Assembly: GCA_946965045.2 (NCBI GenBank)
Contig: OX337231.1
Location: 3,162,001-3,226,000, forward strand
Reading direction: 5' to 3'
DNA length: 64,000 bases
DNA from: Epithemia pelagica
Taxonomy: Eukaryota > Protista > Bacillariophyta
In this document: positions 10,458 to 20,761 of the stretch, piece after piece
Layout: every line of letters starts with the position of its first letter
Position numbering within the stretch: the first letter of the stretch is position 1
The notes under the pieces: generated by a model
Databases searched by the model: none
What the model was told of the DNA's origin: nothing
What the model saw: only the letters and a program-made list of their open reading frames with translations
Made by a program: the position numbers and the translations under genes

Positions 10458-11537
10458 CAGTACAAATATGTAGCAGTTATGAACCGGGTGGTGGTGGGTT
10501 TTAATAGTACTAGCAGTCGGTATATCATCTTTTGTCGCTAGAGTGTTCTTTATGCAGAAAAAGCGTTCGGTAACTCCTATAGGTCACAGTCAGTATCTGA
10601 CTGGTAAGGTAGCGACCTGCTCAGGATTACCCCATCTCCCAGGCAAATATCTGGTCTACCTGACAATTTGGCACCGCGATAGCCCGTACTAATTTGGACC
10701 AAAATGTTTTTACACGAGCTATCACGTGAATTGACACGTAACTTCTCACTATAACACTATTTAATCGGATTTCTTCCCTATTCATTGTCTTTCATGTCCT
10801 TCATGGCTTTCTCAATAGACAGGATCAAGTTCTTCTTGTTCATACTGCTGGTTCCCTTGGAGTCGAGATAGATGCCAGTCCTTCTGGACAAGACACAGCG
10901 AGAATAGGGTTTAGCATGATGTACACGATGTGTGCTGATAATGATACTGTTGGAGCTGAAGGTAGACATTGCATGTTGACAACAATGAAGTTGTTGGGTA
11001 TACACTATGCATTCATGTTACCTTGATGGATGCTGACTTTGTCATTGTCACGTTTCTTGCTAGGAGTAGACTGCACCGAGACTGTGTGTGGGCAGGTAGC
11101 TGAGTTAGACTACCAATTTAAACTTTCCTTCATCCATTTGGCGACAAAAACACATTTTGAAGTGCTCAATCGACAGATCTCGTTCTGGGCTTTTGAATGA
11201 CACCTCAAATTCCAAAATTGGTTAAGTAGAAGTTAAGTTATAAATTGTCAAAGTTTTCTACGGTGGCATCGCGGTGACCCCAGAATTCCGCCCACCAAAT
11301 TTAGTCAGGCTGCCAAATTAGTCAGGTTGCCTCTACTCCTACTATGTAGAGGAAAAGAGTCCGTAAATTTCTAGGTAGAAGTATGTTAATTGGCCATTGG
11401 AAAACCATCATGTCTTTTGTTCAGATTCATGACCAAAGGATATAAAAACAATATACTAGCAACATCGGAAGAGCACTTCTTTCAGATCACACAGCCAACG
11501 ATAACTCAGGCTACACAGAAGATTGACCCGTCGTCTG

Positions 11538-12729
11538 TCATGATGGTTCGACAATCGACCAAGGGATTTCTTCCCCGGCCATTAGTGGGGTGACAGTCGT
11601 TCCGCTCCCCAAGCTATACGTTGCAGGTACAGTCCACTTTGTTTTCTCCAACGTCATTGAGTGCTCGGCCACATCGGTAACTGGCATGCCATAATGCTGT
11701 GCCCCAAATTTGGAACAAAAGTCTGCCAACTTGTCCAAGGCCCCCGCTTGGTCAAAGGCAGTAGCGTATAGTTCAATGGCCGCATGCGCTGTATAAACAC
11801 CAGCACAACCACATCCCGAAAGTTTTGTTTCAGTAACATGGGGAGCCGAATCCGTACCCAAGAAGAATTTTGGAGATCCCGAAGAGGCGGCCTGTAGCAA
11901 TGCCTTTCGATGGAGTTCCGCCTTTAATATGGGTAGACAATACAAGTGCGGACGAATACCTCCTACCAGCATATCTATATCAGCAAAGAAAGATGATTCT
12001 GGTTAGAGATTGGTAACGTCAGAAACATAGCATCGACGCCAACAACGTACGATTTCGGTTATAGAGCAGATGATGGCAGGTAATGGATGCCTTGACTGTA
12101 TCTGGTGCTTCGTTTTTAATATAATCCACGGCTTGTTTCGTACTGATATGTTCCATTGTTATTTTCAGTTTGGGAAAGTCCTTCGTCAATGGCTTGATTA
12201 TTTGTTCAATGAATACAGGTTCTCGTTCGAAAATATCCACTTTGGAATCTGATACTTCCGAATGAATGCACAGCATCATATTGTGATCCAACAATGCTTG
12301 TAACGCGCTGTAGCACTTGCGAATATCCGTCACGCCGTACTCGGAGTTGGTCGTTGCGCCGGCTGGATAATATTTCACACCCGCAATGCCAGCGGCATGG
12401 GCCTTGGCAATTTCTTCAGCTGTTGTATTGTCCGTCAGATAGAGCACCATGACTGGTTCAAAGATGGCGTTGCGGTTTCCAGATGGCATGGAATCGAGAA
12501 TGTGTTGTTTGTATTCCATGGCTTTTTCCGTCGTTGTAACAGGAGGCTGTAGGTTGGGCATGAACAGACACCGCCGAAATCGACGAGAGGCATGTTGCAG
12601 TATAGCGGCTGTTTTGGTGCTATCGCGGCCATGATGATGAAAGTCATCCGGCATCGGTATGGTAATACGCGTTCCGACCGCGGCACCTGCGGATGCGTCA
12701 ATGGTAGACGGAGCTCCTCCTCCTGCCAT
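11538..12729 (-). CDS. pyrC: Dihydroorotase (type II, E. coli/plant-like), join complement(12051..12729,11538..11974)
   Basis: [62 protein letters not shown]; intron 11975-12050. Confidence 0.95.
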
Positions 12730-13069
12730 CTTTGAAAGGACTGTGGTTCCGACGCGATGAGATGAAAGAAAAATGATAGCATACAATCAATGGATGGAAA
12801 AATTGATGTGTGTGTCTGTCCTGTGTCTGTCCTCATACGGATGACGTCTTAAAAGTGACTGATTATGTCCCGTTAAATCTATTGGATGTCGTCATGAACG
12901 TGACTCAATCACCATGTACGATTCTGTTGGCATCGATTTGTTTCTCTTTCAGCATCATTTGTTGTTGAAAAGGGAGTGAAAGTGAGAGTGGCAAGTCAAG
13001 AGGTTTGAAGAGGATACCTTCTTCTCGGACTTCACTATACCTTAAGAATCAAATCCGTAGAGAAGCAAG

Positions 13070-14414
13070 ATGGCGACAGCAGCAGTTTTGCCAGCATCAA
13101 ATGTCGAGGTACGTGTCTGTCACCGCTTTGGACGGTGTTGCAAAGATACTGGTTGGGTGATTTGTGTATTTCGGCACCTGACGATGAGACTTGATTTGTT
13201 GTGTTCAGATTGGCACCATGACAGAGAAAGCCACGCCTCCAGTAGCTGCGACAGCTCCGGTCGAGGATGAACCGGATTTGTATCAAGAAATGAAAAGTTT
13301 GGAGCGGCAATTGGAATTTGTTGAGCTTCAGGAGGAGTATTTGAAAGATGAAATGCGGCATTTGCAACGCGAACTCCTTCGTGCCAAAGAAGAGATTCGC
13401 CGCATTCAATCTGTGCCCTTGGTTATTGGTCAGTTCAATGAAATGATTGACGCCAATTACGGCATTGTTAGCAGTACGGCTGGATCCAATTACTACGTTC
13501 GTATCTTGAGTACTTTGGATCGAGAGCTCCTAAAACCCAACACCAGCATTGCCTTGCATCGTCACTCTCATTCTGTGGTGGACATCCTTCCGCCTGAATC
13601 TGATTCAACAGTGAAACTCATGACAGAGAAGCCAAACGTGTCCTACAAGGACATTGGTGGCCTCGATGTCCAGAAACAAGAAGTTCGAGAAGCGATTGAA
13701 TTGCCTTTGATCCAGCATCATTTGTATCAGCAGATTGGTATTGATCCACCACGTGGAGTATTGCTCTATGGCCCACCAGGTACCGGGAAAACCATGATGG
13801 CGAAAGCTGTTGCGAATTCTACGGACGCCACTTTCATCAGTATGGTGGGTTCGGAATTTGTTCAAAAGTATTTGGGTGAAGGGCCCCGTATGGTGCGCGA
13901 CGTGTTTCGTCTCGCTCGTGAAAATGCCCCCTGTATTGTGTTTATTGATGAAATCGACGCCATTGCGACCAAGCGTTTTGATGCCCAGACGGGGGCCGAT
14001 CGAGAAGTTCAGCGTATCTTGCTTGAACTTTTGAATCAAATGGATGGGTTCGACCAAACAACTAACATCAAAGTCATCATGGCGACCAATCGTGCCGATA
14101 CATTGGATCCAGCTTTGTTGCGTCCAGGACGTTTGGATAGAAAAATTGAATTCCCTACACCCGATCGTCGTCAAAAGAGAATGGTCTTTCAAGCTGCTAC
14201 CGCGAACATGAACTTGTCAGAAGATTTGGATTTGGAAGATTATGTTGGACGATCGGAAAAAGTTTCCTCCGCTGATATTAGTTCCATTTGTGCCGAAGCC
14301 GGTCTTCAGGCGGTCCGTGAAAATCGATACGTGGTTCTACCAAAGGACTTCGATAAAGCTTACAAAAAGGCCGTTTCCAACCGAGAGAAGGAGTTGGCTT
14401 TCTATACGATGTAA
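13070..14414 (+). CDS. RPT3: 26S proteasome AAA-ATPase subunit RPT3 (PSMC4), join(13070..13108,13209..14414)
   Basis: [53 protein letters not shown]; short first exon [13 protein letters not shown] + GTACGT...CAG intron in frame. Confidence 0.95.
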
Positions 14415-14786
14415 CATATTAAATCATATATGCCTGATGCTTCTCTGTTGATGAAAGCAAAAGATGTTGCATGCAGTAGAGCGAACAGATCCCGGTGGCA
14501 ACATGTCGTCTGTCTTGGAGAATCGGATTAGGCATCATCACGTAGAGACCAATACTGTCGTCCAATAAACAACCTCAAAAAAAGAAGAAAGCGCGTATTG
14601 CAACAATCGGAGCTGATTCTACAGGACGTCGAAATACACTTCTGGAACCAACAATTCCAAAATAAAGCAGTTGAATAATCGAGTTGGTCACAACGAGTAG
14701 AGAATGGTTTCATCGTCCTACTTTGACCTGGATTGCAATATGAGTGAGCTTATCGGCTGCCACTCTCAATATGACACATCCATAGT

Positions 14787-16478
14787 TCATTTGTCGTCCA
14801 TGGCACCAACCCACTCCGCTAGGTCATCTAAGGACAGCGTCAAGACCGACTTGTCAGAATCGATTTGCAAAACTCCGCGTCCTTTCCCACGTTCCAAGAG
14901 CGTGCCTTTACAGTGAATATATTCAGGCGGTCGATCCGTTGGTCCAACGACAACCACACGACCTCCAGCTTTTGGCAGCGCTGTTTCCAAATAGCGTTCC
15001 GGTACACGATCCAGAACAACTCTGCCCTCGTCAAGCTGTACCGTGCTACCTTTCGGCGTCACATCAATCACTGTACCCTTCTCCTTGAAATAACGGCGAC
15101 CCAGCTTCTCCGTTACAACCCGTACGCGAATCTGGGGAATTACCCAGGTTGCCATCTTCTTTCCATATCGACTATGCTCGTTTGGTTCCGTTCGCTGCTT
15201 TCCCTCTCTAAAGTCGTCGTTTCGGTGTTGTGTCTTGCGCGCACTACGGTCCGACGACTCTCTTACTTCGTCTCGTCTCCTTTTCCTGCGAGAGGAATCC
15301 GAATATTCACGCTCTCGTCTACCGTTGTCTCGGGAAATGTCTCGATGCGTACTATCCTTACTGTTCTTCCTATCCGATTCTCTAGACGAATCCTTCACTG
15401 TGCGTTCCGTGAACGGGCGCTCTTGTAACTCGTCTCGTTTCAGAAGACGACCAACAATTCCCCTTTTCGCGGAAACCACATCTCCTTCGCCCTCAACTCG
15501 GATCAGGACCTGGTTAAGACCCGGAACACCATCCAGTTGAACAATTTTGGCTCGTCGTCCATTGTCCAAGAGCACCAAACTTCCATTCTGCAGGGTTTGC
15601 TGTTTATCTATCTCGACCTGTTTCTGCCTTTGGCGAGCAAAGTCTTGTGCTTGTTTTCGCAATTTTTTATCTCGCTCATACTGATCCATGGTTTTGGGTC
15701 GTCTTCCCTCTGTTTCTTCGATGTCCGCTCTTTCCAGTTTTGGAATGGCTCCCAGACCCAATCTATGAGGGCGAGGCAGAGACTGTTGAGAATTGTTAGT
15801 ATTCTTGTTTTGTTTATCATTGTCGTCACCTGTCCATCCCATCCCACGCAACATTGCTGCACCAAATTCTCCAATGGAGACTTGGCTCTGCCTATATTCT
15901 TCGACATTCATGGCATCCGGAAGAGCCGCCATGTCTCTATGAAATTGCTGTGTTTCGCGTTCTTCTTCCTTCGACTGATGGAAGCTGTCCTCAGGGGCTT
16001 CAATTGATATATTTCTATCAGGTCTTTCGGATCCACTTTTTGTAACATGCCCCTCAGGATTTTTTGCCTCTTGCTGCAATGCACGAATGGCCTCGGCGTC
16101 GTCACCTGCCAAATCAACAGAGGATGACGACACTGCATCGATAGGAACAGGGTCCTTCTTTGTCGCTTTAGCCTGTCCACCCAAGGCGAATACTCGTCCA
16201 GAATTCTGTACCACTGGAATCACCAACGGTTGCTTTGTCCCACATGTCGCTTCATGGATCGCCTTCGTACCATCGTACTCTCGGACTGTTTCTCGCTTGA
16301 TTTCATCTCCTTTTTCACGTTCACCACCATCAAAGAAGGAATTCGTTGACTCTGATTGTTGCGACTGCTGTTCTTTTACCTTCTTCTTTGGTTTCAGGTC
16401 AAGCCGAAAGGGCTTCATGGTACTCCTAACTCCTACTTCATGAAGGTTGCACGCCATTCTATGTGCTCTATGTGCCAT
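14787..16478 (-). CDS. G-patch and KOW domain splicing factor (GPKOW/Spp2/MOS2-like); start uncertain (16478 or 16418)
   Basis: EFGAAMLRGMGW...PRPHRLGLGA G-patch; C-terminal WVIPQIRVRVV...KGTVIDV and LETALPKAGGRVVVV KOW-like repeats; RS/RD-rich linker. Confidence 0.8.
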   Translation of the reverse strand: MAHRAHRMACNLHEVGVRSTMKPFRLDLKPKKKVKEQQSQQSESTNSFFDGGEREKGDEIKRETVREYDGTKAIHEATCGTKQPLVIPVVQNSGRVFALGGQAKATKKDPVPIDAVSSSSVDLAGDDAEAIRALQQEAKNPEGHVTKSGSERPDRNISIEAPEDSFHQSKEEERETQQFHRDMAALPDAMNVEEYRQSQVSIGEFGAAMLRGMGWTGDDNDKQNKNTNNSQQSLPRPHRLGLGAIPKLERADIEETEGRRPKTMDQYERDKKLRKQAQDFARQRQKQVEIDKQQTLQNGSLVLLDNGRRAKIVQLDGVPGLNQVLIRVEGEGDVVSAKRGIVGRLLKRDELQERPFTERTVKDSSRESDRKNSKDSTHRDISRDNGRREREYSDSSRRKRRRDEVRESSDRSARKTQHRNDDFREGKQRTEPNEHSRYGKKMATWVIPQIRVRVVTEKLGRRYFKEKGTVIDVTPKGSTVQLDEGRVVLDRVPERYLETALPKAGGRVVVVGPTDRPPEYIHCKGTLLERGKGRGVLQIDSDKSVLTLSLDDLAEWVGAMDDK

Positions 16479-16638
16479 ATAGTGGCGATTGTGCAAAAAA
16501 ATGAAAAATGGTCGCGGTTTCCAAATAAAGACAGAATGACAGACCAATCAAAAACCTGCATGTTTTGGCCGATCCCTGAACCGTCATTTTTTATGACGAA
16601 CCCAAGATTCAGGGACTGTCATCTTGCATGCGGCAACA

Positions 16639-17895
16639 ATGACGTCCGCTCATAGAACCATATTGATTCTTCTGGCGTCGCTGACTCCGGTTTTGGCATT
16701 AACGACTGCAGAGCTGGAAAGTCTTGTCACGAGCCTCAAAGGGGACGAAAATCGCTTGTTTCGTTGGAATGCGTCTCCGACCACAGCCGAGCGACAAGAG
16801 ACCGATTGTTCCAAGTTGACAGAGGCCGCGAAATTACTCTTTGATTCAGATGTTTCTGTCGAGGATAAAGCTCATGTAGCTGAATACGCCACTTTTTGTA
16901 TAACGGACAATCCCAAGAATCGAGCGACCTTTGGTGACGTTGAAGGCGTACACAAGGTCGTCATCGATTTGGTTGCAAATGAGGATGTGAAGCTTAGTTA
17001 TCTGGCCTGCCACTTGATCTACATCGCCACTTACGCTAATGAGAAGAATCATCAGGCGTTCATCAAGGATGGAGCTGTTGAAGCTCTAGGAAAAGTTATC
17101 TTGGATGACGATGCAAGTAAGTTCACTAGACTGTGTCCTGACATCGATGTTCCTAGTTTCTGTTTGTGTTGAAACAACACATTCACTGACACACTATTTT
17201 CTGTCTTAGTTCCTGTTCAGCACATGTGGGCTGCATCCGCTCTTCAAAATTTGGCTGCATCGTATTGTGAAACGGAAGACGGTACATGCTACTGGGAATG
17301 GACAAGCAAAGACGAGCACATCCAGCTTGACCCTTCGTCACCCTTGACGTCTGACGGAACAGCTGCTCGCAAAGCCATGCTTCAAATGGAAGATTTGGTT
17401 GATCTTCTGATCGCACTAGCATGCGAGGGTCCCTTGGATGAAGAAGAGGAGGATGTGGCCATGCCAGGCGAGTTCGCAGTGGCTGGAGTACACGACTATA
17501 ATGCCGAGATCATTACATGGGCTGCCATGGCTTCCCTGAAGAATCTTGCTCTAGAACCTTCCAGTAAGGAATCATTGGAACATGTCATTCCATGTGCCTG
17601 CTTTGTGAAAGAGTCGGCGGACTGGTTGGAAGAATCCAAGTCCATTGGTTTCATTTATCACATGAGACGCCACGAGGATCCTTGCTGGATGAGAGATGAT
17701 GAGGCGGCCCTTTGCATTGACTCGAACTTTCTTGACGAAGGATTGCATACCTGTGAAGATTATGAGGATACTGACGAGGAGGAATGTGCTGCGTCGAAGG
17801 ATGCATTTTCGGGTGTCGCTGCATCTGAGGCATGCTGTGAATGTGGAGGGGGATTCGTCATACAAATAGAGGATGAAGAACACGATGAACTGTGA
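16639..17895 (+). CDS. ER-luminal ARM-repeat protein with Cys-rich C-terminal module and HDEL, join(16639..17116,17210..17895)
   Basis: Signal peptide MTSAHRTILILLASLTPVLA; ARM-like helices (WAASALQNLA, WAAMASLKNLA); phase-1 intron 17117-17209; ACCECGGG; ends EEHDEL*. Confidence 0.75.
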
Positions 17896-18111
17896 GAGGT
17901 TCCATTAATAAGAGAAGTAATGAATCTGATGTTGTTGCATATTTTACATGCTTTCTTGGACCGTACAAAAGCGACGCTACTGCTATTCGTCGTTACACCC
18001 AGAGATCGTTGTATGTTCAAGGTTATGCTATAAGGTCTGTTATAAGTCGGAAGAAACAAACGAAGAAACTGCAACAAAACCGAATGGAAAGGTATGCGCC
18101 AGGAATTCTAC

Positions 18112-18774
18112 TCAATACGGCGCTTCATAAATACCTGTGTTTCGGTCTGTATCATCTGGCAAATCACACTGGCCATCAGCATAGGACTGCAGGATCTGAC
18201 CAAAGCGCTGCATTTGAGGTCGCACCATTCTCAGTTCTTCTACGAGACCTGATCCAGGGACATAAATGTGCCCGTACGGAACGGATGGAACCCCCAATCC
18301 CTGGTGAAGAGCAGCATTGTTCTTCGTAACAGGAACCTCTACCCAATTCAAATCAGGGTATTGATGGGCTAGCAAGTCAAAAGCTGGGGTGGCTGCCTTG
18401 CACGAACGACAATAGGGAGAAAAGAATCGAACCACAGATATTCTCTCGGTCTCGTCAGCGACATGTAGCTTGTACTCCCTCAACGACGATACCTGCCGCA
18501 AGAATGAAGGTCGCCTTGAAACACGAAGAGGGTTTGGCAGATGATTTGATATGTTGGTTCGCTTTTGTTCTTTTTGACGACGGTTCAGCTCTCGGATTTC
18601 CCGCTCAAAGTCATTTCCAGCTTCTTGTTCTGACCGTTGTGGTGGGTCAACGGTGTTCGCATATGAGTGTCTTGATAGCGATGGTCTTTGCCTCGACCAA
18701 ACTCTTGACATTGATTGGAAAGCATACGCATTTAGCACCTGTGAGAGAACCATGAAAAGTTTGTGTGGACGCAT
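18112..18774 (-). CDS. Thioredoxin-like protein, probably plastid-targeted
   Basis: VVRFFSPYCRSCKA CxxC motif, VPSVPYGHIY; N-terminal signal ending AYA-F. Confidence 0.8.
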   Translation of the reverse strand: MRPHKLFMVLSQVLNAYAFQSMSRVWSRQRPSLSRHSYANTVDPPQRSEQEAGNDFEREIRELNRRQKEQKRTNISNHLPNPLRVSRRPSFLRQVSSLREYKLHVADETERISVVRFFSPYCRSCKAATPAFDLLAHQYPDLNWVEVPVTKNNAALHQGLGVPSVPYGHIYVPGSGLVEELRMVRPQMQRFGQILQSYADGQCDLPDDTDRNTGIYEAPY

Positions 18775-20761
18775 CGTTTTGGATCTCTAATCTATTGCAG
18801 CAAAAGCTTCTGTTCTTGTTTCAATGGCCACCTTTGACCTTTGAGTGTGTTCGAGGTCTCTATGGACTATGTAACTGTCCAGTCGGTGGGTACGTCAACA
18901 AGACAGAATTCCGGGATGACAAAAACCCCGCGAGAATTTCGATGGGAAATTGGGGAACGCAATCGGATGTTTTGTGACGGGAGAGCCTCGAGCTTGAGAC
19001 ACTTCTTTTGTTCTTTCTTGCTCTTGTGTCTTACTGAAAGACGACAGACACCACGTGGTGGGTCGACTGCAGTTGTGATGAGAGGGATGGTGTCTTTCGT
19101 CGTTCTTTTCGTGCTCTCGCATGCACTGACTGTCTCTGTCACCTGTCGATAGTCGATGGGCAATGGGCAGTGGAAAGTGGGATCCCGTAATTCGTAAGGG
19201 AAGAACTCACAAAGCGGACTCCACGAAGAGCAGTCAGATGTTTTTCCGAAAGCACAGCTGCAGACTACTCGTACAGACGTGTTTCGAGTGATGTTTTGTC
19301 TACGATCAATCAGTAGCGCTAAATCATACAAATTATCGAAGTGAAAAGCTTGTGTCTACTGGGAAGTTCGTCTGACCGTAATGTGTAAAAGAACGTGACG
19401 GATAGTGACCTCACCTTAAATGCTTCAACTTCCCCCATCGTTTGCTTTCGTCAGGACTTGTACGTAGCTCTACGTGGAAAAGGAAGGAATACCTAGCGAT
19501 GACCACTGACGTCAGGATACCCAAGATGATGCGGAGTATGGAAAGAGCTACCCGCTCGCATCATGCAGCTATGTCTACTGTGTACCTTCAAGGTCACGAG
19601 TGTACTCCTCTAGCTAGGAGTACTCCTAAGTAAGAAAGAAGAAAGAAGGCATTTTGGCAAGGCCGGTAACCGGTAACAGTGAAAGCTTTCTAGCGTGTTG
19701 CACATAATAAAAGTCGATCGATAATGGAAAATAGAACCAAAGAAAGGAAGACTTCCTATCGTCGGCGACTTGAAAGTCTTTTCCCGTTGTGCCATCGTCA
19801 TGTTGGTGGTCGCTACGGAAAGACTGAAACGCCATGTCTTTGGCTGATCTGCGTCTCCGTGTACATGAAGGTAAAGTCAAGCAGAGTTGTGAACGATGGA
19901 ATTGTTATTGAAGGTATATGCATTCATGAAGTGAGACATATTGTACCACGCTAAGAACTTCTCGTAGAGACCGTATCGAAGCAAAACACAGAGCCCATGG
20001 AGGCCTTCTGTCTCACATAGGGAACGGAAGGAAAGTAGGCCAAAAATCCAAAATCATCATGGAAAACCCGAGGAGATGGAACAAAGTAGTATTCGTAGCA
20101 ACTTTGCCTTCTCCCATGTTTAGGGGTCAACAGACAGAAGAATAAAAGGGTCGGTTTGGGTGACGAAGTTGGTTAATTCCATACCTAGAGTACTGGTAGG
20201 AGTGGTCGATTTACTCTGGTACATAATCTTCACAATGGAAAATCTGGAAGGTCTTTCGTTGGAGGTTGAAAGCTGAAAGCCCTTTGTCACTGTTAAGATC
20301 TATTCTAACGCTGCCGCCTCTAGGTAGAGGAGTATGTAGGTAGACTCCAATCGCGATACAAGTAGGCATCATCGGTCGTTGATGAGTCACCTTTATGGGT
20401 CGCAGAAGATGTCCAAGTTTACTTCTTTCACTCTTCACAGCCGCAATCTACACGACCCATCAGGGGCTACGTTTGTGAAGATGTTGTGTACAATATATAT
20501 TTACAATAGACGTTAGTCGGGAAGCTAGGAAGTTTTACTTCCATCTCGGGAGTGGGTCGACCTAACACACACACAAGATTTGAGTCGAGACTCGAGACTC
20601 TCGAGAATCATCCTGCATCCTAGAGCGACGTTGATGGAGCAACGACAACAGCAGGTTGCGCTTTCTATTCGACATAACCAGTTGAGATACAGTATCCGTA
20701 GGCACTGATAGAGTGGTTGACCCTGGATGACCTTGCAGCCGTCGAATCGTCGTATTGCATC

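Larger units (their letters stand above)
7500..10639. mobile_element. Inner PIF/Harbinger-superfamily (PHIS) DNA transposon with two divergent genes
   Basis: 29-bp TIRs GGAGCTGGGGTAATCCTGAGCAGCTCGCT (7500-7528) vs reverse complement of 10611-10639 (27/29 identical); CAG duplicated at 7497-7499 and 10640-10642; encloses a DDE transposase and an accessory ORF. Confidence 0.88.
7312..11334. mobile_element. Outer non-autonomous TIR DNA transposon (about 880 bp once the nested element is removed)
   Basis: Perfect 14-bp TIR AGAGGCAACCTGAC (7312-7325) / GTCAGGTTGCCTCT (11321-11334), imperfectly extending to about 23 bp; ACT direct repeat at 7309-7311 and 11335-11337 (alternative reading: 13-bp TIR + TA TSD); subterminal CCTGAC(T)AATTTGG copies near 10659, 11295-11308 and 11309-11327. 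Confidence 0.8.

Noticed and set aside
18867-19331. 154-aa minus-strand ORF upstream of the thioredoxin gene
   Set aside because: Non-ATG start, no protein-like composition or motif; lies in a divergent promoter region.
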